DNA from: a virus
DNA: 43,586 bases
Direction: 5' to 3' (one strand)
IMG/VR virus record: IMGVR_UViG_3300043613_000002
Location: 1-43,586 of that record
Made by a program: the position numbers and the translations under genes. Shown here piece by piece: positions 25,979 to 32,923 of the stretch. Under the pieces are notes generated by a model. The model saw only the letters and a list, made by a program, of their open reading frames with translations, was not told the DNA's origin and searched no databases. The first letter of the stretch is position 1, and each line of letters starts with the position of its first letter.

Positions 25979-26095
25979 CTAACGTCGGACTTTCCAGCTC
26001 GTATTGCAGATTCCGCAATGCCAACTATAGGCATTGACGCTCACTTTCCGACGCTGATCGCGCCAATGGAATAGGAAACACCATATTCGCTTCAT
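25979..26095 (-). CDS. Micro-ORF (38 aa), Trp/Cys-rich
   Basis: GGAGGAGG lies 5 nt before the ATG. The stop TAG abuts leader L4. Confidence 0.3.
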   Translation of the reverse strand: MKRIWCFLFHWRDQRRKVSVNAYSWHCGICNTSWKVRR

Positions 26096-26143
26096 GCCGT
26101 CCTCCTCCGCGGCCCTAGCCGCTTGTTGCCTGTTCCATGACGC

Positions 26144-26473
26144 CTAGGCGCAATCACGCAAAATGTTGCGAATTATGAGGCTGTCCATGCTCGGCACATC
26201 GTGCCGTTTGTAGACATCGTATTTCATCCCGGCCGGGACTTCATCGTCTGGCCTTCCTGCCAAGGCTCCTTCGTATATGTCGCAGGCCTGTGCCAAATAG
26301 ATCTGTGCATTGACGCGACTGAGGCCGCCACGATCACGGGCTGCGGCTATCATCTGGCGTAATTCGCCGATGGACAGCCTGCTCTGGGTGCTCTTTTCGC
26401 TGGCCATTCTCTTGTTCATCCGCTTTTCCCGGTAGTATTCTGGATAAACCAACTTTGATGCTGCCATTCTCAT
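26144..26473 (-). CDS. Hypothetical protein (109 aa)
   Basis: ORF track entry with a GAGGAA RBS. The first codons overlap repeat copy 3. Confidence 0.55.
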   Translation of the reverse strand: MRMAASKLVYPEYYREKRMNKRMASEKSTQSRLSIGELRQMIAAARDRGGLSRVNAQIYLAQACDIYEGALAGRPDDEVPAGMKYDVYKRHDVPSMDSLIIRNILRDCA

Positions 26474-26493
26474 TTCCTCAGCGGCTAAGTTCG
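26442..26493 (+). repeat. 52-nt bipartite element, copy 3 (GGATAAACCAACTT-N27-GGCTAAGTTCG)
   Basis: Read directly. The 11-mer starts 1 nt after the stop of gene 26495..26797. Confidence 0.85.
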
Positions 26494-26494
26494 T

Positions 26495-26797
26495 TCAAGA
26501 GGGCGGAATCTCGCCTTTGTCGTTCATTCGGTTGGTATCATCTACCGCCTTGCGGTAGCTGTCCTTGAAGTCCTTGTACGTCCGCGGCGCATCCCACATA
26601 TCAAGGATGGCAGCGCACTTGTCCTCGATCGACATTGAATGCCATCGGGGTCCTGGGCTGATGTGCCAGCCGGTATTGCCCTTGTCGATCATATCGACGA
26701 CACGAGCTTGGAACTTCTGTATTGAGGTACGCGGACACTTGCTCGGAGCGCCGCAGTATTTATCGCCGGTATTTCCGCAAACTTGACACTGGCTCAT
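26495..26797 (-). CDS. Hypothetical Cys-rich protein (100 aa)
   Basis: ORF track entry with AAGGAGGAG RBS. N-terminus MSQCQVCGNTGDKYCG. Confidence 0.55.
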   Translation of the reverse strand: MSQCQVCGNTGDKYCGAPSKCPRTSIQKFQARVVDMIDKGNTGWHISPGPRWHSMSIEDKCAAILDMWDAPRTYKDFKDSYRKAVDDTNRMNDKGEIPPS

Positions 26798-26813
26798 ATG
26801 CTTCTCCTCCTTT

Positions 26814-26823
26814 GAACTTAGCC
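26814..26823 (-). repeat. Isolated decamer GGCTAAGTTC (- strand), 16 nt upstream of ATG 26797
   Basis: Read directly. Inverted relative to the 11-mer of copy 3. Confidence 0.8.
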
Positions 26824-26830
26824 AACAGCG

Positions 26831-27082
26831 TTAGTGATGAAGCTCGGCGCTCTCGTCCTCATCGTCGGCATCATCGGCATCATCTTCTTCATCAATTAAG
26901 ACCTCCGCGTTCGGGTACCAGTCCTTAGCCCAGCGGGTAGCGGCATCGATAGGCTCGCCGATTTTGCAGGTTTTGAAATGATCCGGAACATCTCCCTCGA
27001 TTGGCGGCTGTTCCATCTTCCAATAGACATCGATCTGCCAGAAGCCCTTTTCGTGCAGCGAAATGACGGCATAGTCTTTCAT
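26831..27082 (-). CDS. Small protein with a poly-acidic C-terminal tail
   Basis: 83 aa. C-terminus LIDEEDDADDADDEDESAELHH. Confidence 0.55.
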   Translation of the reverse strand: MKDYAVISLHEKGFWQIDVYWKMEQPPIEGDVPDHFKTCKIGEPIDAATRWAKDWYPNAEVLIDEEDDADDADDEDESAELHH

Positions 27083-27260
27083 GGGAAATCCTCACTCAGT
27101 AGGACAGGTGGAGGATCTGGCGGCGGTGCGGGGACTGCTCAAAATTACCTTTTGGCCTCAATGAGCTCCATGCGCCCGCACCTTCCGTTAATACCTTGAT
27201 ATTGTTAGGACGTTTCACAACTTCTTCCCCCACCATTGTTAAAAAATGACGCTGTAATCG
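27083..27260. other. Non-coding gap next to the integrase; candidate attP region
   Basis: 178-nt gap immediately downstream of the int stop. The core sequence is not identifiable without the host attB. Confidence 0.3.
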
Positions 27261-28331
27261 TTAAGCTTTTTTAGCCTCGTCCCGCACCTTCCCATCTGGT
27301 GAGGGAATAGAAGTTCCGGGTTTGGACAGTTTGCCCATGTGCTCCGCGGCGAGCCGGCGCCGGTCAGCAGCCTTGGTGTAGAGGGCCGCCATCTGTCCCC
27401 CCTGCCATCCGAAGATCGCCTCCAGGGTCGCCACCGTGGCGCCGTTGTTCGCTGCGCGGGTCGCTGCGGCCTTCCTGATCCCGTGTCCCGACTTTGCTAT
27501 GCCGGCGGTCCGGCAGGCCTTCTTGAACATATTGCCAAGCGATTCCTTGCGGATGGGCTGTCCCTTCTTGCTGGCGATGATCGATAATTCCCCCAGCGGT
27601 CCGGCCTCCAGGATCTCTGCTAACTCCGGCAACACGGGGATCGTAACCCGCGTGTCGTTCTTCTCGGTGTCGATCGTGATGACGCCGTGTCGGATATGCT
27701 GCTTGCCGAGTTTGGCCGCATCGCCGCGGCGCAGTCCGGTGAAGCAATAGACGCCAAACATAACACGTTCGCGCGTTCCTAGCTTCCAATAAGCTTCGTA
27801 CTGCTCAAGTTCTTCTTCGGTCCATTCTGGAAAGCCTCTTGTCTTCGGCTTTCTCACTTTCTTTCCCGTGGTCGGATCTGAGCTGATGTGCTGGGCACCA
27901 ACCGCCCATTTGAACATGCCGCGCATAGTGTCGAGGAAATGCCGGCCCGCGAACGCCTTGCGGCGCTCAATGCCTTGGTCGATCGCCTTGTTGGTGATCT
28001 TCGATAGTGGCTGATTGCCGCCGGTCTTTAGAACCCCGCGCATGATGTTTTCGCGCTGCTTACGGGTAGCCATTGAAAGCTCGGTCCATGCGGTCGTCTG
28101 TCGATAGAGCATCCACAGCCATTCCAACGAGCCCTTGAGGGCCTTCCCTGCGGGCTGCGGTGACTTGCCGTTCAGCGCAGCTTGATAGGCTTCCTCAAAT
28201 TCCGTCGTGCCGTAGACAGCCTTTATGCGAATCCTCGGGCCTTTGCCGATGCGGACATACCAGACCGTTTTACCGTGGCGGTTGGTTTCCCGGTGAAGGT
28301 GGGGTGGGCGAGGGCGGGGCATGCCTATCAA
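27261..28331 (-). CDS. int: Tyrosine integrase
   Basis: Catalytic motifs GLRRGD, HGIRKAAATR and LYTK read directly. The likely ATG start is 28322 (MPRPRPP); the track start is TTG at 28331. Confidence 0.92.
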   Translation of the reverse strand: MIGMPRPRPPHLHRETNRHGKTVWYVRIGKGPRIRIKAVYGTTEFEEAYQAALNGKSPQPAGKALKGSLEWLWMLYRQTTAWTELSMATRKQRENIMRGVLKTGGNQPLSKITNKAIDQGIERRKAFAGRHFLDTMRGMFKWAVGAQHISSDPTTGKKVRKPKTRGFPEWTEEELEQYEAYWKLGTRERVMFGVYCFTGLRRGDAAKLGKQHIRHGVITIDTEKNDTRVTIPVLPELAEILEAGPLGELSIIASKKGQPIRKESLGNMFKKACRTAGIAKSGHGIRKAAATRAANNGATVATLEAIFGWQGGQMAALYTKAADRRRLAAEHMGKLSKPGTSIPSPDGKVRDEAKKA

Positions 28332-28501
28332 AGGACCACCTCCGCCTCAGTTTCAACCGGAATCTCTTTTTGCTCACCGCTGTCAACCGTAATCGAACCG
28401 TCCGGCTTGACCGTCACGCTTCGAACGCGCAGCCCGGCGCTCTCCGCAGCCTTGACGGCGCGGCGAACCTGAGCCTGCGTGAATGTGACGGCTCTGCTCA
28501 T
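28328..28501 (-). CDS. Small protein upstream of int (57 aa; Xis position, no recognisable Xis motif)
   Basis: MSRAVTFTQAQVRRAVKAAESAGLRV... taken from the internal ATG of the 158-aa track ORF. Confidence 0.55.
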   Translation of the reverse strand: MSRAVTFTQAQVRRAVKAAESAGLRVRSVTVKPDGSITVDSGEQKEIPVETEAEVVL

Positions 28502-28547
28502 ATCCTCTGATCCGCAAGCTCTGCCGGCGATATGGCATCGATTTCGA

Positions 28548-28913
28548 TCATGACTTGCCGCTGTCCGTCGATGCGACGGCTGAGAGGTCTCGAATTTGAG
28601 CGGCCGTCGCTTCCCATCCATTATTCGCGGCGATCTTCGCGCATTCCTCGATTGCTCCATTCCAGCCGGCGTTGAAGCCAAGATCGTGAAGCTCATCGCA
28701 TTTCTGCAAGATCGGATTCGACGCTCGTTGGGAGCCATCGCGGAATGCTTTCTCAAGCATTGCTTCAAGCTCGGCGATGCGCTTGTCCTTGGCATCACAG
28801 GCATCTCGCCACATCTTCACAGCGTCGTTCACGCCAGCATCTCCCAAAACCACCAAACCAGAACGACGGCGGTAAACACAGCCATCGCCAGCCATATCCA
28901 GCGCCATTCCCAA
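28548..28913 (-). CDS. Hypothetical protein
   Basis: Track ORF of 121 aa. The start is uncertain (TTG 28913, ATG 28907, or later). Confidence 0.5.
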   Translation of the reverse strand: MGMALDMAGDGCVYRRRSGLVVLGDAGVNDAVKMWRDACDAKDKRIAELEAMLEKAFRDGSQRASNPILQKCDELHDLGFNAGWNGAIEECAKIAANNGWEATAAQIRDLSAVASTDSGKS

Positions 28914-28932
28914 ACGTCGGACTTGCGGCCGG

Positions 28933-29127
28933 TCATGACGGTGGAAACGCGGCGTTGAACTGAGCTAACAACTCATCTGGATTCATACCAATCTCCTTTA
29001 GAAAGGCATCGAGTTCGGCACCTTCCAACTTCATAAAAATATCATCCGCCCCGCGAAGGCAGGCCCGACAATACTCGCCTTCCGGCAGGTCGTTGCCATT
29101 GGCGCAACAGATGCAGCCCAAGATCAT
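28933..29127 (-). CDS. Hypothetical Cys-rich protein (64 aa)
   Basis: ATGA coupling to the upstream gene. Confidence 0.5.
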   Translation of the reverse strand: MILGCICCANGNDLPEGEYCRACLRGADDIFMKLEGAELDAFLKEIGMNPDELLAQFNAAFPPS

Positions 29128-29324
29128 CGGAAAGCCTTTCTTGGAAAATCCATCAAGACATTAGACGGTTTTGGACCAAGGCCATTCTGCCAAAGAAATA
29201 TTTCGGTTTCGAGTGACGCCATGCGCTCGTAGGTAGCGCGACGTTGCGGCGAAAGTTTTGGAATAACGATCTCGGCTTCTGCCGGCGTCAGGTGCAGGTA
29301 TGCTGTGAGCTGCTCGTCAGTCAT
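29124..29324 (-). CDS. Hypothetical protein (66 aa)
   Basis: ORF track entry. Overlaps the upstream gene by 8 nt. Confidence 0.5.
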   Translation of the reverse strand: MTDEQLTAYLHLTPAEAEIVIPKLSPQRRATYERMASLETEIFLWQNGLGPKPSNVLMDFPRKAFR

Positions 29325-29499
29325 TTTTCACTCTCCCCGCACAAAGCCGCTGATGCCGCCGCTGGCCACGCCGATCCATCCAGTCACAGAGTTCGCTGAA
29401 AAGAATCCACAGCACATCGAAAGGCAGCAACAGCAGCCACAAGACGGCTGTCAGGAGGAGGCCGGCGACGATCTTAACCCGGAGCGGATAGTCGTTCAT
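29317..29499 (-). CDS. Small TM protein (60 aa)
   Basis: Internal ATG at 29499 forms an ATGA overlap with the upstream stop. Contains the hydrophobic segment IVAGLLLTAVLWLLLLPF. Confidence 0.45.
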   Translation of the reverse strand: MNDYPLRVKIVAGLLLTAVLWLLLLPFDVLWILFSELCDWMDRRGQRRHQRLCAGRVKND

Positions 29500-29690
29500 G
29501 GCTCCACTCGTCGAGCGAGAAGAGCTAGAATTGCATCTGCTTTTTCCAGTAGCCGAGCTATCCTCAAACCAAAGACAACATCGGCCCAAAGCTTTCCGTT
29601 TTCGGCAAGTATGCCTTTTTCCATCAACAGATCATATTCCACGTATAGATCCGGGTTTATGATCCGAGCGATTTTCTCGCGGTTCGTCAT
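29496..29690 (-). CDS. Hypothetical protein (64 aa)
   Basis: Internal ATG at 29690, ATGA-coupled to the upstream stop. Confidence 0.5.
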   Translation of the reverse strand: MTNREKIARIINPDLYVEYDLLMEKGILAENGKLWADVVFGLRIARLLEKADAILALLARRVEP

Positions 29691-29794
29691 GTCTCCACCA
29701 TCTGTGCGCGCCGTTCCCATCTCTTGTCGTTCCATGCCATCCAGGATACGAGGATGATCACGACGTACAGTCCGATCATGAATGGGTGCGTCAT
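29687..29794 (-). CDS. Micro-ORF, single-TM peptide (35 aa)
   Basis: MTHPFMIGLYVVIILVSWMAWNDKRW... ATGA-coupled at both ends. Confidence 0.4.
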   Translation of the reverse strand: MTHPFMIGLYVVIILVSWMAWNDKRWERRAQMVET

Positions 29795-30474
29795 GGCTGG
29801 GTTTCCGGAGCGGAGGAGGACTGCGCTACAGCCATTTCGATTGCATCTCCGCAACGTTGGCAGTGCCACTTACCGTCGAGGCTGATTATCGCGGCATGCG
29901 CGCAGCTCTCGCCCGTTACTGGATCTGCGGCGGGCTGTTCCGGGGGTGATGCGAGCGCGGCTAGATATCGGTCGGCATATCGTTTACCGAGCCCATCGAA
30001 TGGTCGATTATCAGCCATAAAATATGCCACGATGATCTCGCGCAACGTTAATGGCTCGTAGCAATCTATCTCGATAGGAATATCCAGATCCCTCCCCCGC
30101 AATGGGGAGGCCGGTTGGGCGATGAGAACGGCTCTTGCTTTTTGATGGGGACATTCACCCATTTCATAAGCGCTCTCAGCATCCCTCGAATGCCCCATGC
30201 AGGTGCAGTCGGAAAAGCCCTTTAGGTTGGCGGCCTGCCGTTCATACGCGAGCAAATCCAGCAACGCTTCTCGCTCCCCACCAACCGCAGGCGTGGCAGC
30301 GAGAGCTGCCAGAACCGCAGCCCGCTTGCTCACATGCATCTGCATCGTGATCATGTCGTTGTTGTCGGGGATCTGGTGGGCGATCTCGTCGGCGATGTCG
30401 GTCGTGGTGCCCATGCGATTGGGCTGGCTGGTGGAGAGGACTTCGGCGTGGCAGTCGGGGCAGGTTTTGGTCAT
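29791..30474 (-). CDS. Hypothetical Cys-rich protein (227 aa)
   Basis: Starts MTKTCPDCHAEV. The ATG at 30474 forms an ATGA overlap with the upstream micro-ORF. Confidence 0.6.
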   Translation of the reverse strand: MTKTCPDCHAEVLSTSQPNRMGTTTDIADEIAHQIPDNNDMITMQMHVSKRAAVLAALAATPAVGGEREALLDLLAYERQAANLKGFSDCTCMGHSRDAESAYEMGECPHQKARAVLIAQPASPLRGRDLDIPIEIDCYEPLTLREIIVAYFMADNRPFDGLGKRYADRYLAALASPPEQPAADPVTGESCAHAAIISLDGKWHCQRCGDAIEMAVAQSSSAPETQP

Positions 30475-30641
30475 GACAAAAATCCCACACACAGAGCACC
30501 AACCACGCCGACGATAATGAGCAGCCAGCCGTTTCCGGAGGTGCTGTACATGCTAGGCGCAGGGCTGCTGTATTTGGCGCCGCTCTCAAGCAAAAGCCAC
30601 ACCACGCCAACCACAGCGACAATTCCAAAAAATGCAGTCAT
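30471..30641 (-). CDS. Micro-ORF, two-TM peptide (56 aa)
   Basis: MTAFFGIVAVVGVVWLLLES...WLLIIVGVVGALCVGFLS. GAGGAA RBS. Confidence 0.45.
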   Translation of the reverse strand: MTAFFGIVAVVGVVWLLLESGAKYSSPAPSMYSTSGNGWLLIIVGVVGALCVGFLS

Positions 30642-30680
30642 TTTATTTCCTCAAGCGAGAGCGTGTGCATTTGGTCATTT

Positions 30681-30732
30681 GGATAGTTCAACTTTCATGC
30701 TGATCGGATCATTCGCGCAGCGGCTAAGTTCG
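30681..30732 (+). repeat. 52-nt bipartite element, copy 4 (GGATAGTTCAACTT-N27-GGCTAAGTTCG)
   Basis: Read directly. The stop TAG of gene 30724..31029 lies inside the 11-mer. Confidence 0.88.
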
Positions 30733-31029
30733 TTCGCCATTCGCGAGCGCGCGTAGCGCCGGCACGATGCGATCTAGATTGTTGTGCAGAAGGCAAAGCA
30801 ACTCGCCCAGCTCCGGCGTCACGTACTGAGCCACCTCAACCGTCAGATTATCGCCCATGTGTTTGGCGGTGTACCTGACATGGTTAAAGTGGTCCGTCCC
30901 GTCCTTGTAGGAGTGAGGCTCTTCCTCAACTCGCCATTCCTCACGGTGCTTGGACCAAAGCAGGCGAAGGCGGTCGGCTAGTTCGATGTTGTTCACGTGA
31001 CTGTTTTCCTCTCTACTGATGATCGTCAT
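30724..31029 (-). CDS. Hypothetical protein (101 aa) bracketed by inverted repeat copies 4 and 5
   Basis: ORF track entry. Confidence 0.55.
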   Translation of the reverse strand: MTIISREENSHVNNIELADRLRLLWSKHREEWRVEEEPHSYKDGTDHFNHVRYTAKHMGDNLTVEVAQYVTPELGELLCLLHNNLDRIVPALRALANGERT

Positions 31030-31040
31030 CTATCTTTCTT

Positions 31041-31093
31041 GGTACTTAGCCGCTGCGCTTCTGTTCATCCGTGACATTCAAGTTGAACTATAC
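31041..31093 (-). repeat. Bipartite element copy 5, inverted (GTATAGTTCAACTT-N28-GGCTAAGTACC on the - strand)
   Basis: Read directly. The 15-nt GCGCAGCGGCTAAGT is identical to copy 4. The element ends 11 nt from ATG 31029. Confidence 0.88.
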
Positions 31094-31100
31094 AAATCCT

Positions 31101-31166
31101 TCAAGCGAGAGCGACGAACGCAAACAGGAAGGTAAGGAAGAGGGCGATGGTCAGGGCTGTGATCAT
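31101..31166 (-). CDS. Possible 21-aa hydrophobic micro-ORF
   Basis: MITALTIALFLTFLFAFVALA. GGAGGAACGACA precedes the ATG. ATGA overlap with the HNH gene stop. Confidence 0.2.
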   Translation of the reverse strand: MITALTIALFLTFLFAFVALA

Positions 31167-31936
31167 TGTCGTTCCTCCGGCTGTTGCCTAATGGCGGTCA
31201 TGAAGACTTCTTTTTCTTTCTCCGAGAGATCGAAGAAGCCATGAATGACGGCGGAAACTCTTTTTAAGCTGGCAGCTTCATCGGTATGCGAAAAGCGCTC
31301 AGCGCCAATCCCACCAAAGGTTGGCAAAAGAGGCGTCAAAAGCGCCCGCTCCTCTGTCCAGCCCCTATCCAGGCGCAGCAGGAACGCGTCATACTTCAGG
31401 CCGACCATCTCTGCAGCTTCTGAAGCGGGCATGGGGCGACCGAAGAAAGTAATAACTCTACGGCCTCGACGGTTTCGCATTTGCTGCGTTTTGGTCGCCC
31501 AGCGGCAGTTTCCGGGCTCGTAATTTCCGTCATTGTCGATCCTGTCCAGCGAATGCTTGGGAGACGGCTTGCGGCCCATATTCTCTAAGAACGCGGGATA
31601 GCTGTTGAGCCATCGTTCGCAGACTGAGATTCCGCGACCTCCGTAATAGGAAAAGCTATCGTCCTTCGGGTCCGTGCATCGGCGGATAAAGCCGCGCCAG
31701 CAAGATAGTTCTGGAGCGACATTCCCGCGTTCGGCGTCGCCATGCTTGAAGCTTCGGAGGCCCAATTGGCTTTTCTTAATGCATCCGCAGCTCTTTGATT
31801 GCCGAATACTGCCCCCACGCATAATTTTTTCGTTTCCGCAGTCGCATCTAATATTCCAAAGAGAGACCGGTCCAGCGTAGCTGACGACATTTATCATGCC
31901 AATCTTGCGACCAGCCATATCAATTAGCTGCCTCAT
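31163..31936 (-). CDS. HNH-type endonuclease-like protein
   Basis: HSLDRIDNDGNYEPGNCRWATKTQQMRN is an HNH_3-like motif. The internal ATG at 31936 is ATGA-coupled to the upstream stop. Confidence 0.68.
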   Translation of the reverse strand: MRQLIDMAGRKIGMINVVSYAGPVSLWNIRCDCGNEKIMRGGSIRQSKSCGCIKKSQLGLRSFKHGDAERGNVAPELSCWRGFIRRCTDPKDDSFSYYGGRGISVCERWLNSYPAFLENMGRKPSPKHSLDRIDNDGNYEPGNCRWATKTQQMRNRRGRRVITFFGRPMPASEAAEMVGLKYDAFLLRLDRGWTEERALLTPLLPTFGGIGAERFSHTDEAASLKRVSAVIHGFFDLSEKEKEVFMTAIRQQPEERQ

Positions 31937-32229
31937 TTCGGAGCCCTCAACGTCATGGCAAGAATGAACGGATCTATTCCATGACTGGACCAAAAAGAAA
32001 TTTCATTCATGCTGTGTTGTTCACGATGGTGATTATTACAGAGGGGCAAACACCAAATATCTGAAGGACGCTCAGAGCCTCCGGTTTCGCGTTTTCCATG
32101 CTCCAAACTCGCCGTTCGTATATGCGCCGCCTCAGTGTCGATGCCTCCACAGATGCAGCATGGCAAAGACCTAATAAATCTGAGATGGGCCTCATTCCGG
32201 ACGCGCGGTTCTTTCTGGCGTAGCGTCAT
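31933..32229 (-). CDS. DUF968 / NinG-like Cys-His protein
   Basis: LPCCICGG..EAAHIRT..PSDIWCLPLCNNHHREQH. The ATG at 32229 is ATGA-coupled. Confidence 0.62.
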   Translation of the reverse strand: MTLRQKEPRVRNEAHLRFIRSLPCCICGGIDTEAAHIRTASLEHGKRETGGSERPSDIWCLPLCNNHHREQHSMNEISFWSSHGIDPFILAMTLRAPK

Positions 32230-32768
32230 GCTCCGACCCTCTGCCAAGCCTGGAATTGATCGTCTAGTTGCTTCCAAATCATTCTCGCGGCATGGTTCAC
32301 TCCGAAAGCCGAGCGAGAATTTACGCCACATAGAAAGCGAACGACATCAGCCGCATTGTATTCGCATGCTATCCAATCGTCGGCGTATTGCTCGCGGAGG
32401 AATGCCTCAAACACAGCATCATCGCAGCGGATGCCGGCCTGCTCAGTCGGAGGAACATCGCGCCAATCACGCTTATCGCGCTTGGCCCCTGCCGACTTGG
32501 GGGCAGACAGGGGCCGCGCATCAATGATGTTGTTGGATGGTTGGGGATTTGGCATCACCTCCTTTGTTTGAATTGCCTGTTCATCGTCACCGACTTGCAC
32601 CAAGGCGACGATGTAACGAGAGCCAAGCGGAGCCTCGGCAAGACCCTTCGGAACGTCATGCGGATGCACAACGAAGCTGATGACAACGCCATCCTTTGTC
32701 TGTCGATAGGCGTGCTTGACACCTTCGAAGTGGATGGCGTTGGCGGTTGCTAGGTCTGCCGGGGTCAT
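32226..32768 (-). CDS. Hypothetical early protein (180 aa)
   Basis: ORF track entry, ATGA-coupled at both ends. Confidence 0.6.
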   Translation of the reverse strand: MTPADLATANAIHFEGVKHAYRQTKDGVVISFVVHPHDVPKGLAEAPLGSRYIVALVQVGDDEQAIQTKEVMPNPQPSNNIIDARPLSAPKSAGAKRDKRDWRDVPPTEQAGIRCDDAVFEAFLREQYADDWIACEYNAADVVRFLCGVNSRSAFGVNHAARMIWKQLDDQFQAWQRVGA

Positions 32769-32923
32769 CGTTCTGCCTTGTCATATTTGCGAACCGCGGA
32801 CTGAACCGCATCCGCTGTGAACTGCATTCTTGTCTTGCGAGCCAATCGACATGCGACCTCACGCCAGCATTGCCAGATGCCGTACAGGCGAAGCGCCTCA
32901 TTGATGTCGATTGGCTCACGCAT
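32765..32923 (-). CDS. Small hypothetical protein (52 aa)
   Basis: MREPIDINEALRLYGIWQCWREVACRLARKTRMQFTADAVQSAVRKYDKAER. TGATG and ATGA coupling to its neighbours. Not in the ORF track. Confidence 0.45.
   Translation of the reverse strand: MREPIDINEALRLYGIWQCWREVACRLARKTRMQFTADAVQSAVRKYDKAER

Noticed and set aside
27227-27235. CCCCCACCA in the int-proximal gap as a tRNA 3' end marking the attP core.
   Set aside because: The preceding bases do not form a T-arm or acceptor stem, so no tRNA-like structure could be built by eye.
24918-31093. Interpreting the bipartite repeats as integron attC sites.
   Set aside because: GTTCAAC in two copies matches RYYYAAC. The other copies do not match, the 11-mer does not fit GTTRRRY, and the only recombinase is an ordinary phage-type integrase far from the array.
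24918-31093. Interpreting the bipartite repeats as standard sigma-70 promoters (CTTGA as -35, TAAGTT as -10).
   Set aside because: The spacing between the two conserved blocks is 27-29 nt, far from 16-18 nt. No -35-like hexamer sits 17 nt upstream of TAAGTT. An activator-dependent promoter remains possible but is unsupported.
32656-32919. 87-aa - strand track ORF between the annealase and the 180-aa gene.
   Set aside because: It is Arg/Cys-rich and implausible, and it overlaps 32226..32768. The alternative 52-aa frame (32765..32923) is coupled at both ends and fills the gap exactly.
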